From Lingula anatina (taxonomy: Eukaryota > Animalia > Brachiopoda), in the NCBI GenBank assembly GCA_051362555.1, contig CM120647.1, forward strand, positions 1,302,001 to 1,366,000: DNA of 64,000 bases, in the 5' to 3' direction. The first letter of the stretch is position 1. Each line of letters starts with the position of its first letter. The notes beneath the pieces were generated by a model. The model ran no database searches and had not been told where the DNA came from. It was given only the letters and a program-made list of their open reading frames with translations. Shown here piece by piece: positions 25,603 to 37,300 of this stretch. The translations under genes were made by a program, and so were the position numbers.

Positions 25603-27869
25603 TGTAAACTTTCTAAAGTTTACCGTATTATTATGCAAAAGGTAATTTGTTAGGTCCCACGAGCGCCCTCATTCGTTCTCGTCTAGTGACATCCCGATTC
25701 AGGGGCCAGGTCGTTGTCGTGATGGACTGATGTGCCTCATCCGGGATTCGAACCCGTGACTTTGCGTTACCAAGGTTGGTGACGCTTTGGATGTCTCATT
25801 TGCATCCATGCACTCTACCGACTGCTCCGTGACTGACCCGCCCACCCTCCGTACGTGCCAGTTTCCTCTTATAGTAATCAATCGCAATTTTTAAAAAAAT
25901 TAATTCTGGCAAAAACATTAACATCGTAGCTGCTGTGACTCGAACCGGCGTCCCAGTGTCTACTGGCTGACAAGACAGCAGAGTTACCACGCAGCCACGA
26001 CAGCTCCGTTGACACGAAGTCATCGGATGGAAACTTTCAACCTCGTCACGGAGAGCGCCAGATTGGGTGTACATGTGTAGACCTGCTGTCGCAATCGATA
26101 ATCCGGGTGCCGCATTTCAGCCCACGCAACCCCAGTCCTCGACATGAACGGTTAAGTTCGTGATGTACACGAAGTCGTGTTTGACAACCCGAGTCGGAGC
26201 TCGGAGTTTGTTCTACACCAAGATTGATTTTGGCTTTACCCATGTTATTAAAGAGTACAGGGGGATCAGAGGCGGTGCACAACAGGCGGGTTTTACTTTT
26301 AGCGGGACCATAAGAGGAGAGAATAAAAAAAAAATACAAAACATTCAAGTGTTTAATTACTGGTGCGATTGCAGTCTTGGGAATTTTGAGTTAAACATAT
26401 TTGGCAAATAATTCCGCCGAGGAGATATCGTTTTTCTACCGCACACGGTTAACAAGTGGTATGACGTGCTGTTATACGGCCGGCCGGAAAAGCTACAGAA
26501 TTAAAACAAGTTGGATCGTATTAATTGATAGGTCTGCTCTGTACGTTCCTAGTGATATGACTTCGGATGCTTTTATTTTCATTTGGTTTTGCATTGAGAT
26601 AACGTTTGGTTTCACCTTTGACGTTTTAGAGCACGCTGACGTCAACAGCCGTTCACACCTCGGCGGCTTTAGTATTGAGTAGTCTTTACTCTTTCCAATG
26701 TCGACTGCGGACTTGCCCCGGGTACCGTATGAACATATGAACAGTCTTGAGAACCAAGGGCCAAAGACTGGAAAGGAGGGGCATAATAAGACAAAACGTG
26801 TGCCTGATAAAAGGAGTAGAGGTGACGCGACTTTTGTAAAAAATCAAAAGTTTTCTCTCTGCTAATCCCACCAAAAAGACAGCAGATTTTGATGAAATGC
26901 AAGCCATACGGGGTTAGTTATATCTGTGACACCAATATCAGGACTTTTAACTGAAGAGAAAGGAAATAAAATTGTCGACAAAGATGTAAACTTTCTAAAG
27001 TATACCGTATTATTATACCCACGAGCGCCCTCATTCGTTCTCGTCTAGTGACATCCCGATTCAGGGGCCAGGTCGTTGTCGTGATGGACTGACGTGCCTC
27101 ATCCGGGACTCGAACCCGTGACTTTGCGTTACCAATGTTGATGACGCTTTGGATGTCTCATTTGCATCCATGCACGCTACCGACTGCTCCGTGACTGAAA
27201 CGCCCACCCTCCGTACGTGCCAGTTTCCTCTTATAGTAATCAATCGCAATTTTAAAAAAAATTAATTCTGGCAAAAACATTGACACCGTAGCTGCTGTGA
27301 CTCGAACCGGAGTTTCAGTGTCTGCTGGCTGGCAAGACAGCAGAGTTACCACGCAGCGACGACAGCTCCGTTGACATGAAGTCATCGGATGGAAACTTTC
27401 AACCTCGTCACGGAAAGCGCCAGATTGGGTGTACATGTGTAGACCTGCTGTCGCAATCGATAATCCGGGTGCCGCATTTCAGCCCACGCAACCCCAGTCC
27501 TCGACATGAACGGTTAAGTTCGTGATGTACACACCCAATTTTTTTCGTACATTAGACGTTTTGGAAGTATCGTTCAGGTAGTCAAAATTTTAATTTCAGG
27601 AATGGGCCATTGGTGTGATTTTTTTTTCAGAAATCGAAAGGGAGGGTCATTCTCATCTCTTCAGCGGGAGATCAATCGCAAACCGAGGGAATCGAGAAAG
27701 CAATTTTCATATTCGTTCAAGGGACTTCGTTCGCGGTATGTTGTCAGCCGGAGACCGCTGCCGACCCGAACGAGAGACGAGAAGGCAACTTTCATATTCA
27801 TTCTGGGATGTTTCTTTTGCAAAAGCGCGTCGGCGAGAGATCGTTATCGATTATTTTTACCCCCATCCC

Positions 27870-28258
27870 CCTTGAAATTTATTCTTTATTTTTTTTTTTT
27901 CATTTAATTTCACACACATCCCCCTCCCCCGGTCACGGCACTTGGAAAAGTAGGACGCCCTGAAATTTCCGAGGAAATTGCGGATGGCAATTTTGGACGG
28001 CCTGTACCCCAGTACTAGAAAAAGTGTTGGTTCTTGGAGAAATTATACACTGTAACTTAATTATATCGTGGGAATATTTTAACTTTAAGAGATAATTTTA
28101 TTTTATTACTGGTGAAAAGTAAGCAATGATATTTGGTACATATAATTTAAACTGTCCTACATCTGCTGTGCATTGTAAGTCTACATTTAGCTGTAATGTA
28201 GACTTGGGAATTATGAAAATCTGAGCGTACAATTTTGAAATGTCTGGTTACGCCCCTG
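27870..28258. mobile_element. Dispersed ~390-bp repeat ending in CTGGTTACGCCCCTG (non-autonomous DNA element end); second copy at ~31965-32464
   Basis: Colinear similarity, e.g. cacggcacttggaaaagt/cacggtacttggaaaagt, ggcctgtacccca, taagtctacatttagctgta, cgtacaatttt and ctggttacgcccctg. Confidence 0.8.
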
Positions 28259-28354
28259 TTTACAAAGGACTGGTATGTCCGCGGACAGGGTTGGCCCCAT
28301 GCACCCCCCCCCCCCCCCCCCCCCCCCCGCTATCCTTTTCATGGCCATCGGAAG

Positions 28355-28392
<38 letters not shown>

Positions 28393-28394
28393 GT

Positions 28395-29110
28395 ATAGAC
28401 CTTTTTCATCTTTTCCATGAAATTGCATTGTGGGAATATGGGTCCTTGCTATGTTGAAACTTACTGCTGTGCTGAAAAACCACGCCTGAATTTACATGCT
28501 GTGTGTCCCGTGGCTACTATAACAGTAACCGAGATCGTGTTTTTATAAGTGTTTTATATACGTGTTTTTTATACGTGTTTTTATAAGTTTCCACAAACCG
28601 GTTTGAATGAAAAATATGGGTAGACAACATCGGAAGAAAAAAAGGAAAATTTTAGCAGGTTAGGATCAAGAGCAGGGCACCGCGTTTGCGCCGAACATTT
28701 CGAAGGCGGGAAAAAAACCTATAATATTAGGAGATCAACGGTGTTTAAATAAAAACCAGAAAAGTTAATCAGCGGATCTAACGAAGTATCGGCAAATAGA
28801 ACTCTGGGGAAAACAATGCATGAAAAAAAACGTGATAAAGATCTGAATAAAAAATTGAAGATTACAAAGAAAGGAAAGACTAAGCATGAATTTATGGAAA
28901 AAGAAACTAAAAGCTCTTGAGTTTTACACGGGGTTTGCTACTTATAAAGAATTCAAGAACTTTCACGACTTCTTGTATCCAGTCACGTATTGCTCATGTT
29001 TACAAATGGGGCTCAAATTATCAAGACTGATAGAGACATACGAAGAAAAATGTACTTCGGCTCAGAACTCTTGTTGAACGCGTTATCGGCAAAATAAAAA
29101 AGTTATGTAT
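28395..29110 (+). pseudogene. Internally deleted, frameshifted THAP-HTH-DDE transposase remnant (PIF/Harbinger, ISL2EU-like)
   Basis: Translated fragments in the expected order: PEFTCCV (~28485), FYKFP, KIWVDNIGRK and HRVCAEHFEGGKK (28678) form the THAP C2CH signature; then ALEFYTGF..Y..F (~28915); then RLRTLVERVIGKIK (~29058), matching the C-terminal catalytic-E motif of Harbinger-type DDE transposases. Confidence 0.8.
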
Positions 29111-29261
29111 TTCTGAACTCAACGACAAATAGATTGAAAAATTTATGGGTCATTACCGAACGACTGAACAAGAAATGCCTGATAACTTACCACGGCGGTC
29201 CACACGTTTTAATACTGAGAATGATTTTATTTAAGAACATTCTGTTTTAGAGAAGGGGTGC

Positions 29262-29598
29262 CTAAAAAGTTATGGAGATCGTGCTTTTATAATCTACGCC
29301 CCAAAAGTGTGGAATTGTCTACCAAATTTTATTAGAAGAACAGAAGATTTTGACAATTTTAAATCTCTTTTAAAGACCCACATTTTTAATTATGTCTATA
29401 TCTCTTAGATTTTTTAAAAATATATATATGTTTTTTAAGATTGATTTTTAGTGGTGTAAATTTTAAATGGTTTCCAATGAGAGTTTATGATTAAAATATT
29501 GTAGTCATTTTAATGATTTTAGTATATTAGCCATTTTTGTAAAGCGCCTTGAGATAGAATGTAAGGCGCCATATAAGAATTTTATTATTATTATTATT
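29262..29598 (+). mobile_element. 5'-truncated L2/CR1-group LINE 3' end
   Basis: Encodes SYGDRAFIIYAPKVWNCLPNFIRRTEDFDNFKSLLKTHIF..stop, a typical ORF2 C-terminus, followed by a 3' stem-loop gtaaagcgccttgag...aaggcgccatata and a (TAT)n tail. Confidence 0.85.
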
Positions 29599-30045
29599 AA
29601 TATCATGTAGCTTTGACAATGTGCACTGTTGCCTGAATGTGAAAACTATTTTCGCACCAGTTGACTTTTAGAAATAAATGTACTCACCTAAGTTTCAAGG
29701 CTTTTATTCGATCGGTTTTATTTTACTTATTAATATGCGATTCAAATTTCATTGAAATAAAAATAAAACCATTTAGGTTAACAAGAAATGTATCAAGTAT
29801 TAAGAGGTGAAAGGTTATTTATATTAATAGGTGTTGAAAGAATGCATACCACTATTTTTATATGTTTCAGCTTTACAGTTACGCTATAAAACATATATAG
29901 AAAATTTTGTGTTTTGGGAAAGATAATATGTACTCCCCATTATTGATTTTAACACAGACTATAAAGAATATTATTACTTGTCCTCTATGTTAAATGAGTA
30001 GTGGTAAAATTACATGACCTCAATTCGTGTTTAAATTTTTACACT

Positions 30046-30082
30046 TTGTCAGGTAATTTGTCTATTTCCTTATGTTTTTACC

Positions 30083-30154
<72 letters not shown>

Positions 30155-30233
30155 AGATGATCGGTTTCTTCTAGTCAGGTAATTTGTCTATTTCCTTTGT
30201 CAGGTAATTTGTCTATTTCCTTATGTTTTTACC

Positions 30234-30328
<95 letters not shown>

Positions 30329-30347
30329 GATGATCGGTTTCTTCTAG
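30046..30347. repeat. Tandem duplication of a ~150-bp segment containing long (TA)n microsatellites
   Basis: tttgtcaggtaatttgtctatttccttatgtttttaccgg(ta)n...gatgatcggtttcttctagt is present twice. Confidence 0.9.
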
Positions 30348-31316
30348 TGAATGCCGATACCTATGAAAAGGAACTAAATGGTGCCGTTCTGGGTTTGAAC
30401 CTGACAGTTTTAAGTGAAGTGTTACTCTGCCTATAAAGCTATCTTGTCAAGCTTGTTTCTGGAAGACTGCAGGACAGGTAGAAAAATAAAAGGTTTCTTG
30501 AAGGTCGCAGACTTTTGGACGCCAATATATTTCAAGGTTAGTCCGCGCCTACATGCACACGTACAAGCCAGGTGTGCGAAGGGCAACATTTAACCGTGTG
30601 TATGGGGGCGGATGGGGGCGCTAAGTGCTAAAAAAATTTGCAAAGGAGGGATTAGACTTAGCCCCTCTGCTTCCTGCGCTTAAAGCATGGTAGAAACGTG
30701 TGTGTGTGTGGGGGGGGGGGGGGGGGGGGAGGCACAAGCACACACACCACCAGCAACGCGGCTGCTGAGCCTCTATGCATCCAGTGGCGTTTGATGAAAG
30801 CCAGCAGAAAACATCAGCCCTGTGTTAGGTGTGCAGGTATAATGCGAGAGTCGCAGAACAGTATTTCTCTTTGTATGCCGTTGTTAATGCTAGGACAACA
30901 GCTAAATCATTACCCATAAATGTGTAATGCGACAAACATCTATATTTAATAATTCAGGTTAGTGCAACAAACGGGCGAGGAGTTGAAATGCCCCATTGTT
31001 GTCAATAGTGCATCTAAAGGGGGGAGACGGAAGGATACATTAAGGGTTATTGAAAAACAACCTTCTATCCATATATTGTTGATATTTCTTTGTCGGAAAG
31101 GCTTTGCTGTAACCGGCGTCTTTATCACGTTTTTTTTTATCATTCTGGCACGATTTTCAGCAGCAGCGTTTTGTTTTTATTTCACCTCGTGAGGGTATTG
31201 TGAGAAACAACAACGTGTAATGTGTTCGAGGTCGCAGTGCGTTTTTTCGCAGTTATGACCCAATTCCAAGAACTGAAATCCGATCAACAATAGCGGCGAC
31301 TCCTACAGGTGTAAAA

Positions 31317-34300
31317 ATGGCGGATAAAATGTCGGTTGTATTTTTACTTTTCGGCGTTCTTTTAACAGTACAGATCTTTAAGGTAACTGAGGCAGGTTAC
31401 AACCACAATGTTGCATTTAAACCCGAATGTGAGCGTCGAGGTGACCAAATCCCCAGCAAGTGTGTCTATAACTTTACCATCGACTACCGTATGACAGGGG
31501 TGTGGTACAACGAGAGAAGAAACACCGGGAAACCCGTCTTTAAGACTGATGCTAAACCTGACCAGTATTTCTACGGGGAGCAATATAACTGTTCAAATAT
31601 CTCGATGTCTGAGTCTGGTGAGTGTCGCCCTGGGACTTGTTTGTACGGCGCAGAAATTGCACCGGTTAATTAAGAACACCATTTTTAACCACCACGCCCA
31701 GAATATTTGATACAGTTGTTTATACAGGTAAAATACGACCGGGGGCCTGCAGAATTAAAATAAAATGGTAGCTTTTTAAGTCAGACTGGGTTGGTCTTAA
31801 TCGAAGTGCTTCACACCGACACTATAGCGCTTATTAACTGGGCAGATACAGGGGTCTGCTACATTGCACATCAGTTATCTGTTTTGTTCACATTGAAACT
31901 AGATACACAGTATTCGTTCGCGAAAGAGCGTGAAATTTATTATATTTTTTAACCCTCCTTCCCAATGAAATTTATTATATCTTTAATTTTTTTCCAACCC
32001 CCGCTCACGGTACTTGGAAAAGTTTGACGTCCTAAAATTTTGAAGTAAGATACAGATGGCAATTATGGATGGCCTGTACCCCAATCCTGAAAAAAGCGTT
32101 GGTTCTGGATGAAATAATATACTGGAACTTAATTATACTGTGGGAATATTTTAAACTTTAAGTTATTATTTTATAAACGGTGAAAACTGAGATATTATTT
32201 TTGGCACATATAATCTAAACTTCCCTTCATCTGTTGCGTAAGTCTACATTTAGCTGTACCTGGGAATTTTGAAAATCTGTGCGTACAATTTTAAAAGGTC
32301 TGGGCCCCGTATCTCAAAATCATCGCGCATTGCAGCCGTGGGCAAGCATCTCGATTCCATAACTCTCCCATACTCGTCCCATATAATACATTGTAGCCTC
32401 TATGTGATATAGCGATTCGCAATACGCGATGCTTTCGAGATACGGGACCCTGGTTACGCCCCTGCAACAGCGCTGTTCAAAATAGATAGAATGGCCAATG
32501 CAAGTGATGGGATGGGTAAAATATTCGCCAGGTATTCATCTTTTGTATGCGGGTGAGATGACTATATTGAATGGTAGAGATATGATTTAGTGGGCACAGT
32601 GCACTGAAAAAGCTGCCACATTGACATAACAATTGGCGTGGTTCAGGTGAGGCGGTCTAGGGTCCCTTTCTATAAAAATCAATGGAAAAAAATGAGGTCA
32701 GAACGAAGCATCAGTAACAATGCAGTCGACATTTTTGCACCTTTTGTCCTTGTGGCTTAGAGCGGATTTTGCTATTCGTAGGTAACCTGGATATTGTGTA
32801 GACTTTGGGCCGCAAAAGTGAAAGCAGTTGTTAATTCTAGACCAAAAATTTTACTTTTTTTAAGGTCTACTTCAATTGAGGAGGAATATCAAGACTATAA
32901 CAGTCGTAATCTCTTTGCTTTTTTTTTCAAAAGGTGCATAGTTACATTTTAATAGACGGCAGCCGATTTTGCTCCGATGTTTTTATATTAAAGCACGTGT
33001 ATTTCATCATGTTTATTGCTTTTTTTCTCCAGATCTTGACAACATGGACATTTTATTGATGCCCAGTATAGCTGATATTGTTTTCTTACTGTATTTCTCC
33101 CGATCTGGACGACATTTTCATTTTCATTTTATTGAGACCTCATATTGGCTTCTTGTTGTATCTCTCCAGATCTTGATGACGTCATAATGGCAGACGGAAG
33201 CTACCGTAGAATTTACACCATCAACGGTCAGTTTCCAGGGGAGACAATAGTTGCGTATAACGGGACACAGGTACATGTACTGAGTATATTGTAATGTTTA
33301 TTTATATATTATAACGTCACCTCATGACAATGGAATGATCATTTTTTAATTGTAACCCGTGTAGACCATGCTTTCAGAAGAGTTTATTTTTCTTTAATAA
33401 AGAACTATTTGGTGTCCTTTTTGTATTGTATTATTTTAGGACTGTTTTCATGATAATATTTTACAGAAGTCGACTTGGATATTCAGTGGATTAAGACGGG
33501 GGGGGGGGGGGGGGGTCAGATCACACCAATATTCCCATATTCCCCTCTTGTTATTAGAATTTTGACTAGCTGAACATTAGTTCTGAGCCATACCAAAGGG
33601 CACCGCTTGCCCTCCAAAACAACAACAAAAAAATTTGCGGTCCTTGAGCAGGTCCCGAACTCCACACCGAGGGGTCGATGGTCGGCTTTGCATCCGATGC
33701 CTGTATTTCCGGACCCCCCTCCCCCCGTCCCCCTCAAATAATCCTGGATCCGCCCCTGAATATTGACTAATTTATTTCAGTTGATTATCAGTGTAACTAA
33801 CAATCTAGAAGAAGAGGGCGTGTCCATCCATTGGCATGGCATCGTGCAGAGAAACACGCCATACATGGACGGCGTGGCCCGCATAACCCAATGCGCAATC
33901 AACCCTGGGGAGACATTCGTCTATAGGTACATCAATATCCAATGAAATTCTTTGGTGTATTATTTTTTGTTGATTTCAGTGACAAATGAGAAGCGCTGAT
34001 ACACACACTGATTATTTGTACCTAGTGTAGGATAAAATCATGTTGAGAAACTAGTAATAAATCCGATTCCTGCATTACGTTCACGAGCGAATGAACAAAC
34101 AGGGCTCCGTATCTCGAAAGGTTCGCTATGTTGCGCACGTGCGCAAGTGTCTTGACTCCATGGCCCCGTATCTCGAAGTAGAATCGATTATGGAATCGAG
34201 ACTCTTGCGCACGTGCGCAACATAGCGAACCTTTCGAGATACGGAGCCCAGAGCACTGAAGTTTGCGATTAGATTGAAAGGGGACGCAGGGGAATATCAA

Positions 34301-37300
34301 AAATTGGACAAGAGTAGAGGAAAGCAAAGACTTGGCCACTTACACTACTATTGGAGGTGGAGGCAGGGGGTGGATATTCTCCGATGCTCGAAGGAATTTG
34401 TACCCGTAGCCCTTTGCAGGGGCGGATCCAGAGATATTTTCTGAGAGTCTTCCAAATTATATTTGTTGATCCATCCTCCATTTTTTGACCGTCTTTTTAC
34501 AGAAAAAATTAGATACCCGTCAATGTAAACTTGAAAATCTGACCGCCTTCCGGAAGACCCAGAAGATGGCCTAAATCTGCCCCTGCTTTGTGCCCCATAT
34601 TGATGAGAAAATAATCCCATATGGCACGTTTCTGATTTTTTACATAGCTATCTGTTTGTGCCCAAAATAGCTATATGTATGTGTGTACGTATGTGCCACA
34701 ATGCTGAGGTAGAAACTGCTTTCGGTCGGTATACCTCTATCCAAAGCTTATGAAGGAGAGAGAGAGAGAGAGAGAGAGAGCATTTGTTTTAGTGAAGTAT
34801 AGTTTTACAAAATATAATACTTTACTGATAACTAGTACGTTTACAAATTACGATTTTAATAACGTTACGATAAAAAATCGTAATATCACGCCAATTAGAC
34901 AATCTTTACATAATACGTATAATCAAACTGATAGATACAAATTATGGCACTTAACTGTTCAGAAAATGCTTGTTAATATAAACTGTTCACAGGTTTGTGG
35001 CGTACCCCCCAGGGACACACTGGTACCACGCCCACCTGGGAAGTATGAGGACAGACGGGCTGTATGGAGCACTGATCGTCATTGACCCTGAGGAAGAAAG
35101 AACTAGGGTGAGACATCATAGGTCCCATTTAAAATGAGAAGAGCCGAGGGCTAGCTAGGCCACGACCCAAATATGGCGGACCTACATGAAGGGAAGACCG
35201 CTTAATCCTGTAATGGTCTCTCCGTCTTTCACGCGCCTTCCCACGCGTCGTCCCTGCAGGGTCACTGTAATTTAATCTCGGCTTAATTCAACCGATTGAG
35301 CAAAAGATTGAACTGCATACATTGTAATTTCCAAAGGGTGGTTCTTTTTTCTGAAAAAGTGGAACTTTTACTATGAAATCTTTATGCACCTAAATATAAT
35401 TTTACCCAGAAGCGACCTTATCGTTAAACGTCCATGGAAACTTAACTGTAGTGACAATGAAATATTTCAGAATACTGGAGCGGCTTGTTTCGATAGATTC
35501 CGGACATTGCCCAAAGTCAGCCTGATCTTTCACGACATATTTAAAAAATTTACCCAATAGTATCAGATTTTTAAATCTTAAAAGATTTGGAAATAAGTTC
35601 CAACTTTAACCCGATTTTTCCCTCTAGGCAAGGAAAGAGACAGACATGACACTGATGCTGAGTGACTGGTTCTCCACAGACACCTCCACCATGTCTTCCA
35701 GTGTCATTTGGGAACTGGAACGCTTTGCACCCTTCTTGCAGAGTTCGGACAGTTTTACACCATCATCATCTTGTTTTTATCAAACCAAGCAGCACGATGG
35801 GACGGACATAGGAGTGTGGCCAGTGCAGTCCATTCTCATCAATGGAAAAGGTAGAGGTCTATAGTGTTGCCGTTTTTTTTTTTTTTGGTAACCCTGGAGG
35901 CACTGTAGTGTGTGTTCACAAAAGTGTGTTATGTAATGCGGTATGTGTTTTGTACATGTGCTGCAATTGTGCATTGACCACTGTGGGCAATGGAAAGGAA
36001 GTGTTGGCCATAGCTTTGATTTGGGAGCCCTGGCGGTACATGAACCCCAGCTCATGTTTACTTATATTTGTGTGTGTACATTAAGTTGGTGATCGATTTT
36101 TATGTACAAACACAGATGTGTCTGTACAAATTGCCGTCACCTGTGCCTGTTGTCGCCGTCGTCGCCGATAACACTGATAACACGATAAGTGGAAACACGT
36201 TTTACCTTTTGGCTTGAAACTTACAGAACTGAAGCGTATTCATAAAACGCGGGTCAAGTTCAAAAATCAGCATGATTGGGCTATTCTTTAAAGCTGTTCT
36301 GTTTTTTTCTTTTTTAGCATATATACAACACTGATAACACATTTCAAGGGAAACCGATAAGCCTATTGTCTTGAAACTCACAGGAGTGACCAATCTTACT
36401 AAAATACAGGTCGAGTTCGAAAATCAGCTTGGTCAGACTATTTTTTAAAGTTACACAACCTTTTCCCTGTTTTTCAGTATTTTTTTCTATTTGGTACCCC
36501 TAGTGTTTACACGTGTGTGTGTTTTTGTTGTGTACTTGCTGTATGTGTTTTGCATATGCGTTGCAATTGTGCAGTTTACATTCTGGTCAATGGAAAAGGA
36601 ACTGTTGGTGATTTTGTTTTATTGAGTACCCCTTTTTTTGTGTGCGTTGTGCGTTTTTGTGTTTTGCAATGTTGCAATAGTACTAGTTATGCTTTTACAT
36701 GTTAGTGTGTGTTGTGATCTTTTTTCACGTGTGCTCGCTTGGCCGCATCACCATTCCGAACACGTGTCTTGAAAAAGGCACCTGCTAAATAGAGTATTTC
36801 TGTGTTTTACTAGGACATTTTTTGCTTATTATTTTCAAATGAAAAAAAATATGGGTTTTGGGGAGATTTATATAAAATGCATGCCAGCAAAGACAGTACT
36901 AATGTATAATTGATAGCTGATTTATTTATTTATCAATTTTGTAAACAGTATATCTTACATGTAAGACCTAACAAGACAGCTAGGGTGCTATAAACACATT
37001 AAAATAGCGATTTAATCTTAAAAAACATATCATTTTGTAACAGTCTGATTTTTCACGCGAATGGCGGTCACAATGGACGCACGCATCTGGCTGAACTGGT
37101 GACGTCATCAAGGTAGGAACCAGTACAGATCACATAGCATATATATATGGTCTCTATATTTGCAGGCACCGTGTGCGATGCCACTAGAGATGTGACGGTG
37201 GGTGGTTACCGTTGTAACAACAGACTGGAGGAATTCGTTGTCCCCAGACATAAGAAAATACGAATTCGGATCATCAATGGTGCCGCCCAGTATTCTCTCC

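Larger units (their letters stand above)
1..27532. repeat. Tandem array of a ~1385-bp unit, ~20 copies, continuing beyond the left window edge
   Basis: The same motif (tatgacgtgctgttatacggccggccgg or close variant) recurs at ~15, 1400, 2785, 4170, 5555, 6938, 8323, 9708, ~11090, 12470, 13852, 15238, ~16627, ~18011, 19397, ~20786, ~22170, 23555, ~24929 and 26461. Homology stops after ...gttcgtgatgtacac at 27532. Confidence 0.99.

Noticed and set aside
15-27436. Repeated 60-150 aa ORFs in the array (MTCCYTAG..., MGPGFSR..., MFCHFS...)
   Set aside because: No recognisable domains; they overlap on both strands and are freely frameshifted between units. Recurrence reflects DNA repetition only.
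1-27532. CRISPR array or prokaryotic system
   Set aside because: Whole 1.4-kb units repeat with no unique spacers, and the window is eukaryotic (spliceosomal introns, eukaryotic iMet tRNA).
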